This document shows, piece after piece, positions 49,356 through 60,820 of a DNA stretch of 64,000 bases. The DNA comes from an uncultured Acidobacteriota bacterium (GTDB lineage Bacteria; Actinomycetota; Acidimicrobiia; Spongiisociales; ZC4RG35). The position numbers were made by a program, and so were the translations under genes. How positions within the stretch are numbered: position 1 is the first letter of the stretch; each line of letters starts with the position of its first letter. The notes beneath the pieces were generated by a model. That model was not told the origin of the DNA. It searched no databases and saw only the letters and a program-made list of their open reading frames with translations. The stretch is taken from contig CAWHEU010000020.1 of assembly GCA_963828465.1 (NCBI GenBank), positions 192,001 through 256,000 on the forward strand. Direction: 5' to 3'.

Positions 49356-50129
49356 CTGACGGGATAGGGCGACGAGGTGGCCGGCCTCGTCCCATATCTC
49401 GCCGTCTTCCTCGAGCAGGCCGCCGGTCACGAAACGCGTCGTGAACTGACAACGCAGCCAACCCGGGACGGGCTCGCCGCGGATCTGGGTGGTCATCTCC
49501 AGGGTTGGGGTCCAGGCGAGGGGAAGGTCGGCGTTGAAGACCGCCGGTGGGAAGGAGTCGGCTGCGAGCAGCAGTGTGAAGGCATCCAGCGGCTCACCAT
49601 CGTGGAGTCGAAACCAACCGCGCATCTGGGCTGTGCCGCTGGGCTCACCTTGCAGCGGCCCGACGTCTTCGGGGTGGATTCGCTCTTCGAACTGGGCCAT
49701 CAGCGGTGGGGGCAGCGGCCCGTCCGCCGAGGGGAGGGCGCGGATGCACTCCTCTGGTGGCGGCATCTCCGGTGGAGCGGCAGCCGCATAGAGATCCTCG
49801 GCGCGGCCGAACTGTGGCTCGGCGAGGCTGCCCAGGAGGGAGATGGAGTCGGATTCGGCGGTCACTGTGGCCCTCAGGGTGGAGAACCTGCGTCCCTCTT
49901 TCACCGGGTCCACCGTCACCATGATGGCGCCGGCCGAGATAGGCCGTGTGAAATGAGCGGTGACGCTCACCGGTAGCCGGCCTCCGGCGGCGTCCGACAT
50001 CGCCCTCGACGCGATCGCCATCAGATAGCCGCCGTTGGCGATGCCGAAGATGTCCCAGTCAGGCTGGACCTCTGCCTTCCAGGCGCCATCTCCGGTGGCT
50101 GCCACCGCAGATGCGTCGGCGAACTTCAC
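49335..50129 (-). CDS. Double-hotdog acyl-CoA thioesterase family protein
   Basis: W.IFG.ANGGY, LAADSFPP, PTLEMT, SRQLA. Confidence 0.85.
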   Translation of the reverse strand: MKFADASAVAATGDGAWKAEVQPDWDIFGIANGGYLMAIASRAMSDAAGGRLPVSVTAHFTRPISAGAIMVTVDPVKEGRRFSTLRATVTAESDSISLLGSLAEPQFGRAEDLYAAAAPPEMPPPEECIRALPSADGPLPPPLMAQFEERIHPEDVGPLQGEPSGTAQMRGWFRLHDGEPLDAFTLLLAADSFPPAVFNADLPLAWTPTLEMTTQIRGEPVPGWLRCQFTTRFVTGGLLEEDGEIWDEAGHLVALSRQLALVPR

Positions 50130-51100
50130 CTGAGCACGACTCCTGGACCGGTGACGATCTTGCCGATGACCCGCCCTTCGTGGGCAGAGACGCTCGAGAT
50201 CACCGATTCCACGGCTTCTGGAGCCACCACCAGGCAGAAGCCGATCCCCATGTTGAAAGTGGACCGCATCTCGGCCACCGCGACACCACGTGACGCAATG
50301 GTCTCGAAGACCGGCGGCACGTTCCAGGCATCTGTGTCCAGTTGGGCGCCCAATCCGGAAGGGAGGGCCCTTGCCAGATTCCCGGCCAGCCCACCACCGG
50401 TGATGTGCGCCGCGGCCCGCACCCCGCCACTCTCTACCGCTCTCAGGACATCCGGTGAGTAGATGACCGAAGGTTCGAGAAATCGGTCGAGCTGGGATTC
50501 GATGTCGTCGCCAAACAGCGCGCGGACGAGAGAGAAGCCATTCGATCGCAGGTTGGGTGAGACGAGTCCCACGACGACGTCACCCTCGGCCACCAGGGTC
50601 GGGCCCAACTCCTGGCCTCGCTCCACGATGCCCATGACCGCGCCGGCCAGGTCGACGGCATCGGGCTCCATCACTCCGGGGTGCTCGGCGGTCTCCCCGC
50701 CCAGCAAGGGGCACCCGGCGATGGCACATGCCGCAGCCACCGATTCGACGATGGCCCGGTCGCGCGTCGCGTTCAGGGCGCCAACGGCTAGGTAGTCGAC
50801 GAATCCGAGGGGTCTCGCCCCGACCGCGGCGAGGTCGTCGACACACATGGCAACGAGGTCCTGGCCAACCCCATCCCAGCGACCGGCCCTCCTCGCCAGC
50901 TCCAGCTTCGTTCCCACCCCGTCGGTCGACATCATCAGCACGGGCTCGCGGTATCCGGCGGGAATGGTGACGCCCGCCGCGAAGCCGCCGAAGTTGCCGA
51001 TGACGTCTTCGGTCCATGTGGCGGTCACCGGATTGGCGATAGCCTCGACGTGCCGGTCGGCGCCTTCCAGATCTACCCCGGCCTCCCCGTAGGTGGTCAT
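50126..51100 (-). CDS. purM: Phosphoribosylformylglycinamidine cyclo-ligase
   Basis: TYGEAGVD, STDGVGTK, GGETAEHP, HITGGG, FNMGIG. Confidence 0.95.
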   Translation of the reverse strand: MTTYGEAGVDLEGADRHVEAIANPVTATWTEDVIGNFGGFAAGVTIPAGYREPVLMMSTDGVGTKLELARRAGRWDGVGQDLVAMCVDDLAAVGARPLGFVDYLAVGALNATRDRAIVESVAAACAIAGCPLLGGETAEHPGVMEPDAVDLAGAVMGIVERGQELGPTLVAEGDVVVGLVSPNLRSNGFSLVRALFGDDIESQLDRFLEPSVIYSPDVLRAVESGGVRAAAHITGGGLAGNLARALPSGLGAQLDTDAWNVPPVFETIASRGVAVAEMRSTFNMGIGFCLVVAPEAVESVISSVSAHEGRVIGKIVTGPGVVLR

Positions 51101-52530
51101 TAGGACCGCTCGAGCTGAAACTTGTCTGCTGCCTCCGGTACCTCGGTCGGATAGTTGCCGGAGAGACAAGCCGTGCAGAACCCGGCGTCGGCGACTCCAG
51201 TCGCATCGAGCAGGCCCTGCAGTGACAGGTAGCCGAGGGAGTCGGCCCCGATGTGCTCTCTGATCTCGTCGACCTCGAGGGATGCCGCGATGAGTGTGCT
51301 CCGGTCCGACGTGTCCATGCCGTAGAAGCAGGGCCAGCGGTAAGGAGGCGAAGACACGCGGAGATGGACTTCGGTCGCCCCGGCGTCGCGCACCATGTGG
51401 ACCAGCTTCCGGGTGGTCGAGCCGCGCACGATCGAGTCGTCGACCAGGACCACCCGCTTTCCCCTGAGATTGTCGGGGATGGGGTTCAGCTTGAGCCGGA
51501 TCCCTCGATCGCGGAGGCTCTGGCTGGGCTCGATGAAGGTACGGCCGATATAGCGGTTCTTGACCAGGCCGTCGGAGTAGGGAATGCCGCTCGCGGCAGC
51601 GAATCCCTGTGCAGCCGGTAGCCCTGACTCGGGTACCGGGACGACCACGTCGGCGTCGGCCGGGTGCTCGGCGGCCAATGTCTCGCCCATCTGCCGTCTC
51701 GCCGCGTGGATCCCACGCCCGTACATCTGGCTGTCGGGCCGGGCGAAGTAGACGAACTCGAAGAGACAGAGTGTCGGGTCTGTGGTCGAGAACGGGTAGA
51801 AGCTGTGCACCCCGACTGCGTCGATAACCACCATCTCCCCGGCCGCGATCTCGCGGACGAATCTCGCACCCACCAGATCGAGGGCGGCAGTCTCCGAGGA
51901 CAGAACCCATCCGCCATCGGGCAATGATCCGAGGCAGAGAGGGCGGAACCCGTTGGGGTCCCGCAACCCGATGACGTGGCCCTGATCCATGATCACCAGC
52001 GAGAAGGCGCCCTCCCAGGTCGGGGCGACCTCCATCACCGCCATTTCGAGGCCACGCTGGTCGGAGCGCTCGTCGTCGATGGCCCGGGCGATGCCTTCGG
52101 CCATGAGGTCCGAGTCGGTCGTCGCCCCCCGGATTCCGAGGCGCTCGGCCAGTTGGGGGGTGTTGGTCAGGTTCCCGTTGTGCCCGAGGGCGATGCTCGT
52201 GGCACCGACCTGTCGATGCGCCGGCTGGGCGTTGGCCCAATTGTTGGAGCCCGTCGTGGAGTAGCGGGTGTGTCCGATGCCGAGATGACCGTCCAGACCG
52301 GCGAGAGCGGGCTCGTCGAAGACCTGGGACACGAGGCCCAGGTCCTTGAACACCGTGACCGTCTCCCCGTTCGATGTCGCAATGCCGGCTGACTCCTGGC
52401 CCCGATGCTGGAGGCCGTAAAGGCCGAAGTAGATCAGACTGGAGACTCGTTGCCGGGGTGTGTAGGCGGCGAAGACCCCACACGCCTCGCGGGGGCCCTT
52501 GGTGAGCAGGACGGCTACCTCCTTGGCCAC
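51100..52530 (-). CDS. purF: Amidophosphoribosyltransferase (propeptide, Fe-S type)
   Basis: EACGVF, LQHRGQ, GHTRYST, VDDSIVRG, CTAC. Confidence 0.96.
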   Translation of the reverse strand: MAKEVAVLLTKGPREACGVFAAYTPRQRVSSLIYFGLYGLQHRGQESAGIATSNGETVTVFKDLGLVSQVFDEPALAGLDGHLGIGHTRYSTTGSNNWANAQPAHRQVGATSIALGHNGNLTNTPQLAERLGIRGATTDSDLMAEGIARAIDDERSDQRGLEMAVMEVAPTWEGAFSLVIMDQGHVIGLRDPNGFRPLCLGSLPDGGWVLSSETAALDLVGARFVREIAAGEMVVIDAVGVHSFYPFSTTDPTLCLFEFVYFARPDSQMYGRGIHAARRQMGETLAAEHPADADVVVPVPESGLPAAQGFAAASGIPYSDGLVKNRYIGRTFIEPSQSLRDRGIRLKLNPIPDNLRGKRVVLVDDSIVRGSTTRKLVHMVRDAGATEVHLRVSSPPYRWPCFYGMDTSDRSTLIAASLEVDEIREHIGADSLGYLSLQGLLDATGVADAGFCTACLSGNYPTEVPEAADKFQLERS

Positions 52531-52562
52531 GGTCTCATCGTAGGGCGCGGCGGGCGGTCGAC

Positions 52563-53087
52563 CTATTCAGTCCCTGATCCGGCTCCAAGGTGCCCTCGGT
52601 ACCTCTCCATCAGCTCCTGGTAGTGGTCGACGCCCTCGTCGGCTCTCTCGACCTCTGCCTCGGTCAGCTCCCGCACCGGCTTGGCCGGGATGCCCAACCC
52701 CAGAGTCCAGGGCGGTATCTCCTTGCCTTCAGCAAGGACGGAGCCCGAGGCGAGCCAGGCACCTTCGCCCAGACGTGAGCGGTTGAGCAGCTTGGCGCCG
52801 ATCCCGATGAGACACCTGTCCCCGACCAGGGCACCGTGGACGACGGCTGCGTGGCCGACTGTCACCCGCCTCCCGAGCAAGCACGGCACGTCGTCGTCAC
52901 AGTGGAGGACCGAGTTGTCCTGGATGTTCGTCTCTGCACCGACTTCGACACGATCGAGTTCCGCCCGAATCACCACCCCAAAGAGGACGAAAACCCCGGT
53001 GTCGAGGGTCACATCCCCGTAAATGTGGGCCCCCGGAGCCACGAAAGCCCCAGGATCGATCTTCGGCTCGGGCAGGTGGAGGGGCAC
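52563..53087 (-). CDS. Gamma carbonic anhydrase-family protein
   Basis: Hexapeptide repeats, NIQDNSVLH, VGHAAVVHG, GIPAK. Confidence 0.88.
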   Translation of the reverse strand: MPLHLPEPKIDPGAFVAPGAHIYGDVTLDTGVFVLFGVVIRAELDRVEVGAETNIQDNSVLHCDDDVPCLLGRRVTVGHAAVVHGALVGDRCLIGIGAKLLNRSRLGEGAWLASGSVLAEGKEIPPWTLGLGIPAKPVRELTEAEVERADEGVDHYQELMERYRGHLGAGSGTE

Positions 53088-53164
53088 GGGTGCGAGGTTA
53101 GGAGTCGACGCGGGGTCGTCGTGTACGACATCCTGGGTGATGCTGGCGACGAGACTTGGGAGGG

Positions 53165-54400
53165 ATGAGCTCGGTAGACCACAAGGACGTCATCGAGGCG
53201 GCGTTCAGGGAGTCGTATGCCGTGGTCCTCTCCGGGCTGGCCACTCGATTCCGCGACATCGACCTGGCCGAGGAAGCGGTTCAGGACGCCCTTGTCGAGG
53301 CGCTCCGCAGCTGGCCGGAGAAGGGAATCCCCGACAATCCGCCCGGCTGGATCTCGGCCGTCGCCCAGCGTCGGGGCATCGACCGCATCCGCCGCCAGGC
53401 CACGCTGGTGAGGAAGACCTCGATCCTGGCCGGCTACGAGAAGGCGGACCGTGACAGCCCTCCCGAAGTCGTGACCGACCTATCCCTCGGGGACGATCGT
53501 CTCCAGATGCTCTTCGCCTGCTGTCACCCGTCGCTGGCGACCGACAAGCAGGTCGCCCTGACCCTGCGCACCGTCGGAGGGCTCACGACATTCGAGATCG
53601 CTCACGCCTTTCTCGTGCCGGAGCCGACCATGGCCCAGCGATTGGTCAGGGCCAAGTCGAAGATCCGGGACGCCGGTATCCCGTTCCGGGTCCCCACCGG
53701 CGCCGACCTGGGCGACCGGCTCTCGGCGGTGCTCGCCGTGGTGTATCTCGTGTTCAACGAGGGCTACTTCGCCACGACCGGTGATGACCTGGTCAGGACC
53801 GACCTCGCCGAATCAGCCATCGGGCTGGGCTCATTGATGTCAGACCTGATGCCCGAGGAACCAGAGGTACTCGGGCTCCACTCCCTGATGCTGCTCCAGC
53901 ACAGCCGTCGTGATGCCCGGGTCGACGAGTTGGGCCGACTGGTCCTGCTTCGTGATCAGGATCGCTCACGCTGGGACACAGGAGCGATCGGCGACGGCCT
54001 CGACGTACTGGAACGTGCCCGGCGGCTCGGGCGACCCGGTCCCTATCAGTTGCAAGCCGAGATAGCCGCACAACACGCCATGGCGCCGTCGACAGATGCG
54101 ACCGACCGTGCCCACATCGTCGAGTTGTACGACCGCCTGACGTCCATCCACCCCGCCCCGGTGGTCCGGCTCAACCGTGCGGTCGCGGTGTTCGAGGCAT
54201 TCGGCGCCATCGAAGGCCTGGCCGCGTTGGGTGACCTGGCAGGAGAGCTCGACGGGTATCACGCCTTTCATCTCGCCCGAAGCGAGATGCTGCGCGAATT
54301 GGGCGACGAGACAGCGGCGCGTGCGGCACTGGATCGTGCCCTCTCGCTCACCGCCAACGAGACAGAAAGACGCTTCCTCGAGGAGCGGGCCGAACTCTGA
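53165..54400 (+). CDS. ECF sigma factor with C-terminal DUF6596/TPR extension (ECF42-like)
   Basis: [36 protein letters not shown]. Confidence 0.9.
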   Translation: MSSVDHKDVIEAAFRESYAVVLSGLATRFRDIDLAEEAVQDALVEALRSWPEKGIPDNPPGWISAVAQRRGIDRIRRQATLVRKTSILAGYEKADRDSPPEVVTDLSLGDDRLQMLFACCHPSLATDKQVALTLRTVGGLTTFEIAHAFLVPEPTMAQRLVRAKSKIRDAGIPFRVPTGADLGDRLSAVLAVVYLVFNEGYFATTGDDLVRTDLAESAIGLGSLMSDLMPEEPEVLGLHSLMLLQHSRRDARVDELGRLVLLRDQDRSRWDTGAIGDGLDVLERARRLGRPGPYQLQAEIAAQHAMAPSTDATDRAHIVELYDRLTSIHPAPVVRLNRAVAVFEAFGAIEGLAALGDLAGELDGYHAFHLARSEMLRELGDETAARAALDRALSLTANETERRFLEERAEL

Positions 54401-54407
54401 CCGAGGG

Positions 54408-54974
54408 TCAGGTGAAGCGACGCATCCCGGTGGCGAGGGCATCAGAGCTGTCCACCGAGTACCAGCTCCGGCCGTCCTCACCCCACGCCTCCCATTGTTC
54501 GGGCGTCACCGGGAGGAAGGAGACACGGTCGAGCAAGGTCTGGACCGAACCACCCGACTCCGCCTCCTCGAGGGCTTGGCCGGCGATCTGGCGCGGGTAT
54601 ACGGCACAAGTGACCTGACGCACCCCGCTGTGATCGACCGGCACCACGGGCAGGTCCGATTCGACGGATGCCAGATGAGCCAGGGTTCCAGCCTGGACGA
54701 ATGCGTTGTCGACCGCGACCACCAGGGCGCGGTCCTCGGTCATTCGGCTCAGGGCGGTCGCCAACCCGGCCAGGGGGCCGGAGCCGGGTGCCTCGTCGGG
54801 CCAGGTCTCATAGCCCTTGCGCTGCCCACCGAGGACCACCACCCGGTCAGTGACCTCCGCCACGGCCGACGTCACACGGTCGAGGAGGGTGGACCCTGAG
54901 ATCTCGACATCGGCCTTGTCCGTGCCCATGCGGCGACTGGCGCCACCGGCGAGGACAGCACCGAGCAGAGTCAT
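54408..54974 (-). CDS. mobA: Molybdenum cofactor guanylyltransferase
   Basis: LAGGASRRMGTDK, GPLAGL. Confidence 0.85.
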   Translation of the reverse strand: MTLLGAVLAGGASRRMGTDKADVEISGSTLLDRVTSAVAEVTDRVVVLGGQRKGYETWPDEAPGSGPLAGLATALSRMTEDRALVVAVDNAFVQAGTLAHLASVESDLPVVPVDHSGVRQVTCAVYPRQIAGQALEEAESGGSVQTLLDRVSFLPVTPEQWEAWGEDGRSWYSVDSSDALATGMRRFT

Positions 54975-54975
54975 C

Positions 54976-56091
54976 TCAATCTCCCAGGACGATGCCGAGG
55001 CTCCGGGCGGAGGCGACCCAGGGATGATCGAGTGGCACGAACTTGGTGATCCCCGCGATCTTCTTCAGGGGCACAGCCTCGGTCGATTGCCCTCTGGCCG
55101 CCACCAGCACCCCGTGCACGCCATCGGCGATATATGCAGCGGTGGCCGTGCCCAGCCTCGTGGCGAGGAGACGGTCGGCGGGGGAGGGTGTGCCGCCGCG
55201 CTGCACGTGCCCGAGGATCGTCACCCTCGATTCGAGCCCGGTGACCTCCTCGAGGGCGGCGGCGAGCTTCTCGGTCCGGGCCGACCTGGCGAGGGCCGCC
55301 AGCCTCTCCTTGATGGCGCGTCGCTCCTCACCTTCGGTGCCATCGATGTCCGCCCGCAGCGAGGCCCGGAGGCGGGAGTCCTCCCTGGAATATGCGCCCT
55401 CGGCCACGGCGATGATGGAGAAGGCGCTGCCCGCCGCCTTCCTCGCCTGGATAGACGAGGCTATGGCCTCGATGTCGTATGAGATCTCGGGGACGAGGAT
55501 CACATCGGCGCCGCCGGCGAGCCCCGCACCAAGCGCGAGCCACCCCACTTCATGCCCCATCACCTCGGCGAGGATGATTCGGTGATGGGAGTGAGCGGTC
55601 GAATGCAGCCGGTCGATGGCCTCAGTGGCAATCCCCATCGCGGTGTCGAAGCCGAACGTCACGTCGGTCCCCGTGACGTCGTTGTCGATTGTTTTCGGAA
55701 GGGCCAGGACCTTGATACCGACGTCCTCGAGCTTGAGAGCGTTGCGCATCGTGCCGTCGCCGCCGAGGACTACGAGGGCCTCGAGATCGTGTTGATCGAC
55801 GACGTCGCGCATCAGGGACCGCATGTCCATGCGTCTGCCGTCGCCCATCTCCATCTTGTCGACCTTGGCCCGGCTGGTCCCGAGGACGGTGCCTCCCCTG
55901 GTCAGGATTCCCGACAGCGAATCGGAGTCGAATCGGACGAACCGGTTCTGCATCAGGCCCAGGAAGCCGTCGTAGAAGCCGATGACGTGCATCCCGTAGG
56001 CGCGCTGGGCGGCTTTGCCCACGGCCCTGATGGCGGCATTCAGACCGGGGCTGTCGCCGCCGGCAGTGAGTATCCCGATGCTTCTCGCCAC
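54976..56091 (-). CDS. pfkA: 6-phosphofructokinase
   Basis: [34 protein letters not shown]; GTG start 6 nt after TACCAT. Confidence 0.92.
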   Translation of the reverse strand: MARSIGILTAGGDSPGLNAAIRAVGKAAQRAYGMHVIGFYDGFLGLMQNRFVRFDSDSLSGILTRGGTVLGTSRAKVDKMEMGDGRRMDMRSLMRDVVDQHDLEALVVLGGDGTMRNALKLEDVGIKVLALPKTIDNDVTGTDVTFGFDTAMGIATEAIDRLHSTAHSHHRIILAEVMGHEVGWLALGAGLAGGADVILVPEISYDIEAIASSIQARKAAGSAFSIIAVAEGAYSREDSRLRASLRADIDGTEGEERRAIKERLAALARSARTEKLAAALEEVTGLESRVTILGHVQRGGTPSPADRLLATRLGTATAAYIADGVHGVLVAARGQSTEAVPLKKIAGITKFVPLDHPWVASARSLGIVLGD

Positions 56092-56176
56092 GATGTGATG
56101 GTATCGGGTGGCATCGTCACGCAAATTGAGACGGTGAGTGCCGGATATGACACGTCACCGTCCCAATTACTCGCAC

Positions 56177-56947
56177 TCAGGCGGATTCCTTGCGGAAGAC
56201 CCGCCCTCCGTAGAAGACGCCGACCACCAGGAGACCGATGGTGAGAACGGCGCCGAGCCAGGCGTCGGTCGAGCCGAGCTCGCCGCGATACGCCGCCCTC
56301 ACCCCGTCGACGATATGGGTCAAAGGATTCACATCGGCCATGGTCTGCAGCCAGCCCGGGGCTAGGGACATGGGGAGAAGGATCCCCGACAGGAGCAGGA
56401 CTGGGAGGATCAGGCCGTTGACCACCGGAGCGAAGGAATCCTCGCTTTTCAGCTTCAAAGCAGCCCCGTAGGACAGGGCGCTGAAGGCACCGCCGAGGAG
56501 CCCCACGATGACGACGCCGATGGCCAAACCCTCGACGGGTGCTTCGAGCCCGAAGAACGCGACCGCCACAACGGAGAGGAGGGCGCCCTGGACGAGGATG
56601 ACGACGACGTCCCGGAGCACCCGGCCGAGGAGGAGCGAGCCGCGGCTCGCCGGGGTGACCCGCATCCGCTCGACTACCCCGGCCCGCCATTCGGCGATCA
56701 ACCCGAAGCCGGCGAAGGCCGCTCCGAAGATGCCGAGCTGGACGAGCAGCCCTGGCACGAACACCTGCCAGGCCGAGCCCGGCGGAAAACCGGGTGCGGA
56801 TGCAACCGGCTCCAGGAGCGGCCCGAACAAGATCAGGTAGAGGATGGGTTGCATCAACCCGAGGATCACCCAAACCGGGTTCCGCAGAGAGAGACGCATC
56901 GCACGGCTGAAGACCAGCCAGGTATCTGTCAGGAATCGCATGATCAT
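56177..56947 (-). CDS. ABC-2 type exporter permease (DrrB-like)
   Basis: Six TM segments, ERMRVTP, LLSGILLP, NPLTH. Confidence 0.9.
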   Translation of the reverse strand: MIMRFLTDTWLVFSRAMRLSLRNPVWVILGLMQPILYLILFGPLLEPVASAPGFPPGSAWQVFVPGLLVQLGIFGAAFAGFGLIAEWRAGVVERMRVTPASRGSLLLGRVLRDVVVILVQGALLSVVAVAFFGLEAPVEGLAIGVVIVGLLGGAFSALSYGAALKLKSEDSFAPVVNGLILPVLLLSGILLPMSLAPGWLQTMADVNPLTHIVDGVRAAYRGELGSTDAWLGAVLTIGLLVVGVFYGGRVFRKESA

Positions 56948-56955
56948 TCGTCCTT

Positions 56956-57951
56956 TCAGGCCGCGGCCTGGTCTGTGGTGCCCGCCATTGCCTCGTCGCG
57001 GAGTGAGCGGCCGGTCATGGTGAGAAACACGTCATCGAGAGTGGGCCGGTGCACCTCGACACCCGTGGCGTCGAGGTCGTGCTCGACCATCGCCCGGAGC
57101 AGCACAGGGAGCGCAGAAGCCCCATCGGGCACCTGGAATCGCACCTCGTTGCCCTCGATCGATGGGTCGGTGGCACCGTCGAGTCGTGAGACGAGCTCGG
57201 CAACGACCACGGTGCTTCTCTGCTGCTCGAAGCTCAGGATCACCGAGTCGCCGGCCACCCTTCGCTTGAGCTCGTCGGGAGTGCCCTGGGCCACGATGGC
57301 GCCATCGTCGATGACGAGGATGCGGTCGCACAGGACGTCGGCCTCGTCCATGTAGTGGGTTGTGATGAACACGGTTGTGGCCATTTCGGACCTGAGTCGT
57401 CCGACGTGCTCCCACAGGTTGGCCCGCGACTGCGGATCGAGACCCGTCGAGGGCTCGTCGAGGAACACCAATCTGGGCTGGTGGACCAAGCCCATGGCGA
57501 TATCGAGTCGCCGGCGCTGTCCGCCGGACAGGGTCTTGCATTGACGGGCCCAGAGACCTTCGAGGTCCAGCTGGTCGAACAGCGCCTGCCCGTTGCTCTG
57601 GGCGACTTTGGCATCGATCCCATACATGCGGGCGTGGTCGACGATCTCTTCTCCGGCTCGCGCCTCGGGGTCGGTCGAGCCGCCTTGAGCGACATAACCG
57701 ATGCCTCTCCGCACGCCGACCGGGTCGGTCCTCAGATCGCACCCGGCCACCGTGGCATCGCCGCCGGTTGGCTCGAGCAGGGTGGTGAGCATCCGCAGGG
57801 TGGTGGTCTTCCCGGCGCCGTTGGGCCCGAGGAAACCGACGATCTCACCGGCGTCCACTGTGAAGTCGACGCCGCGCACCGCCTCGATCTGTTCCTTTTT
57901 CGTCTTGTAGATCCTGCGCAGTCCGCGGGACTCGATCATGTTCTCCGGCAT
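56956..57951 (-). CDS. ABC exporter ATPase (DrrA-like)
   Basis: GPNGAGKTT, LSGGQRRRLD, DEPSTGLDP, TTHYMDEAD, PTLDDVF. Confidence 0.92.
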   Translation of the reverse strand: MPENMIESRGLRRIYKTKKEQIEAVRGVDFTVDAGEIVGFLGPNGAGKTTTLRMLTTLLEPTGGDATVAGCDLRTDPVGVRRGIGYVAQGGSTDPEARAGEEIVDHARMYGIDAKVAQSNGQALFDQLDLEGLWARQCKTLSGGQRRRLDIAMGLVHQPRLVFLDEPSTGLDPQSRANLWEHVGRLRSEMATTVFITTHYMDEADVLCDRILVIDDGAIVAQGTPDELKRRVAGDSVILSFEQQRSTVVVAELVSRLDGATDPSIEGNEVRFQVPDGASALPVLLRAMVEHDLDATGVEVHRPTLDDVFLTMTGRSLRDEAMAGTTDQAAA

Positions 57952-57991
57952 CGCACGCTCCTCGCGCTATACTTCGAATGGTGAGTATCTT

Positions 57992-58657
57992 ATGAATCAA
58001 GACATCAACTTGTCAAGAGATCAGCGAACGGCGGCGATGGGTCGGCTGGTCGAGTCACTCCGAGCCCTGCAATTGGCCAGTGACCTCATGGACCAGGCGT
58101 TCGCCGATTTCGTCGGCCTCAACCGAAACGATCTCCGCTGCATCGACATCGTCGATCAGCGTGGCCGCATGACCGCAGGTGAATTGGCCCGGGAGGCGGG
58201 CCTGACGACAGGTGCGGTCACGGCGCTCGTCGACCGGATGGAGGCAGCCGGCCTCTTACGCAGGTCGTATGACCCCAAGGACCGGCGAAAGGTCTGGGTC
58301 GAACTAACCACCGAGGCGCAGAAGTTGGGCGATGAGGTATACGGACCTCTGAACCAAACTGGCCAGTCGCACCTCGCTTCGCTGAGCGATGAGCAGCTCT
58401 TCACGATCATCAGCTTCCTCGACCTGAGCCGACGGATCACGATGGAGAGCGTCGAGGCGATCCGGGGGCGCACCGCCACCAAGGCGGTGCCCCTGCGCTA
58501 TCGCCTGGAGCAGGCCAAGATGCTCAAGAACGACGCCAAGACACTGCTGAAGACGATCAAGAACGAGGTCAAGGGCCTGACCGCGATCGTCATCGACCTC
58601 CATGGGTCGAAATGGGAGCAAGACGAGAAGGGCCGCTGGGTGGAGCGGTCCGACTGA
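57992..58657 (+). CDS. MarR-family regulator with C-terminal extension
   Basis: TAGELA...TTGAVTALVDRME..G...DPKDRRK; divergent from the ABC exporter; start uncertain. Confidence 0.88.
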   Translation: MNQDINLSRDQRTAAMGRLVESLRALQLASDLMDQAFADFVGLNRNDLRCIDIVDQRGRMTAGELAREAGLTTGAVTALVDRMEAAGLLRRSYDPKDRRKVWVELTTEAQKLGDEVYGPLNQTGQSHLASLSDEQLFTIISFLDLSRRITMESVEAIRGRTATKAVPLRYRLEQAKMLKNDAKTLLKTIKNEVKGLTAIVIDLHGSKWEQDEKGRWVERSD

Positions 58658-60820
58658 TCAGCCTGCCATCAAACGGGGAATAGCCCCTTCGAAGGTCTCG
58701 ATCAGCTTCTGGACATCGATTGGATCAGACGAGCCCAGGACGAGGGAGTCACCGCCAATGGTTCCCACTTTCCTGCTGAGGTCTTCGGGCAACTCGACAG
58801 TGTTCGCCTCGAGCACGGCGATCAACCGATGCGGATCCTCCGAGAACAACCTCCCCTTGTCACTCTCGGTGACGTTGGCCCCGATTTGGGACGCGATGCA
58901 CACCTCCGCGATGGCCACGGCCAGGCCACCGTCCGAGATGTCGTGGAGCACCGGAACTCGATGAGCTAGCTCGGCGCCGAGGGCAACGACCTGCACCGCG
59001 GCGTCTGGGTCCGGCGCGGTCGGGCGCCCGGTCAGCTCGTCGTGGATCACCCGTTGAGTGGCAGAGCCGGACAAATTGCCACTTGCTTGGGGACCGATCT
59101 CCCATATCTCCATGCCCTCCTCTGCCCGGGAGAGCCGGGGCGGGGCTGCCGGCATCGGATCGGCCAGTCCGATCAGCCCGACCACCGGCGTGGGGTGGAT
59201 GTCGACCCCGTCGGTCTCGTTGTAGAACGAGACATTCCCGCCCACGACCGGGATCCCGAGTGCTTCACAGGCCGCCGAGATCCCCTCGACGCTCTCCTTG
59301 AACTGCCACATGACCTCTGGCTTCTCCGGGTTCCCGAAGTTCAGGTTGTCGACCACGGCCAACGGCCGGGCGCCGGTCACGGCGATGTTGAGGGCGGCCT
59401 CGTAGACCAGCCTCGAGCTGCCCTCTCTCGGGTTCAGCTGGCAGAGCCGCCCGTTGCCATCGGTGGAGACGGCCAAGCCTTTGTCGGTTCCCCTGATCCT
59501 GATCAGGGCGCCGTCGGAGCCGGGGCCGACCACCGTGTTGAGGAACAGCATGTGGTCGTACTGCTCGTGCACCCACGCCGTCGAACCGAGGGCAGGGTCG
59601 TCGAGAAGACTCAACAGGATGTCGGCTGCGTCGCCATCGAGTGCCCGGGCCGGGGTGGCCCACAACCCATCCAACCAGTCCGGCCGGCGCATCGGGCGGT
59701 CGTAGATCGGTGCATCGTCGGCCAGTGAAGCGGCCGGCACCTCGGCCACGATCTCACCCCGGTGACGCACGGTGAGAGTGCCGCCGGCCCGGACGGTGCC
59801 CACCACGGCGGAGTCGATCTCCCATTTCGTGGCGATGGCCAGCACCTCGTCGACCAGGTCGGGGGGGACGAAGGCCATCATCCGCTCCTGGGACTCGGAC
59901 ATCAACAACTCGGGAGCGGTCATGCCGGTCTCCCTGACATGGACCGAGTCGAGATCGACGTCGAGCCCGACTCCCGCCCTTCCCGCCGGCTCCGAAGTGG
60001 CACAGGAGAGCCCGGCGGCACCCAGGTCCTGGACACCCGCCACCAATCCCCTGTCGTAGAGCTCGAGACAGGCCTCGATCAGCTTCTTCTCTTCGAAGGG
60101 ATCTCCCACCTGCACACTGGGCCGCTTCTCCTGGGACTCGTCGTCGAACGAGGCAGAGGCCAGCACCGAGGCACCACCGATCCCGTCGCGGCCGGTGGCC
60201 CTGCCCAAGAGCACCGCCACCGTGCCCGGTGACCCGGCGGTCCCCAGGACCAGCTGCTCCCGACGGAGGATGCCGAGACACATCACGTTGACCAGGGGAT
60301 TCCCCGAATAGCAGGGGTCGAATTCGATCTCACCACCGACCGTGGGCACGCCGACGGCGTTGCCGTATCCGGCGATCCCCGACACGACGCCGTTGAACAG
60401 ATACCTGTTCTTCGGGTCGTCTAGAGGGCCGAATCGGATCTGGTCCCAAAGGGCGATGGGCCGCGCGCCCATCGTGAAGACGTCGCGCAGAATGCCACCG
60501 ACACCGGTCGCGGCTCCCTGATAGGGCTCCACGAACGACGGGTGGTTGTGGCTCTCGATGCGCAGGGCGGCCAGCCAGCCATCACCAAGATCGACAACGC
60601 CTGCGTTCTCCCCTGGGCCGACCACCACCCAAGGCGCCTCGGTGGGGAAACGGCGAAGGTGGGCTCGGGACGACTTGTAGGAGCAGTGCTCGGACCACAT
60701 CACCGAGTACATGGCCAGCTCCGCGGGCCGCGGATCACGCCCGAGCAGGCCAAGGACCGACTCGTGCTCCTCGTCGGTCATGCCGAGCCGTCGGTGGAGT
60801 GGCTGGGTGTCGGTTGTCAC
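58658..60820 (-). CDS. purL: FGAM synthase subunit PurL
   Basis: [44 protein letters not shown]. Confidence 0.96.
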   Translation of the reverse strand: MTTDTQPLHRRLGMTDEEHESVLGLLGRDPRPAELAMYSVMWSEHCSYKSSRAHLRRFPTEAPWVVVGPGENAGVVDLGDGWLAALRIESHNHPSFVEPYQGAATGVGGILRDVFTMGARPIALWDQIRFGPLDDPKNRYLFNGVVSGIAGYGNAVGVPTVGGEIEFDPCYSGNPLVNVMCLGILRREQLVLGTAGSPGTVAVLLGRATGRDGIGGASVLASASFDDESQEKRPSVQVGDPFEEKKLIEACLELYDRGLVAGVQDLGAAGLSCATSEPAGRAGVGLDVDLDSVHVRETGMTAPELLMSESQERMMAFVPPDLVDEVLAIATKWEIDSAVVGTVRAGGTLTVRHRGEIVAEVPAASLADDAPIYDRPMRRPDWLDGLWATPARALDGDAADILLSLLDDPALGSTAWVHEQYDHMLFLNTVVGPGSDGALIRIRGTDKGLAVSTDGNGRLCQLNPREGSSRLVYEAALNIAVTGARPLAVVDNLNFGNPEKPEVMWQFKESVEGISAACEALGIPVVGGNVSFYNETDGVDIHPTPVVGLIGLADPMPAAPPRLSRAEEGMEIWEIGPQASGNLSGSATQRVIHDELTGRPTAPDPDAAVQVVALGAELAHRVPVLHDISDGGLAVAIAEVCIASQIGANVTESDKGRLFSEDPHRLIAVLEANTVELPEDLSRKVGTIGGDSLVLGSSDPIDVQKLIETFEGAIPRLMAG

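Noticed and set aside
50126-52483. 785-aa extended PurM ORF and other long overlapping or antisense ORFs (e.g. 3040-4290, 30281-31681, 43462-44805)
   Set aside because: Shadow ORFs typical of high-GC DNA overlapping well-supported genes; PurM starts at 51100
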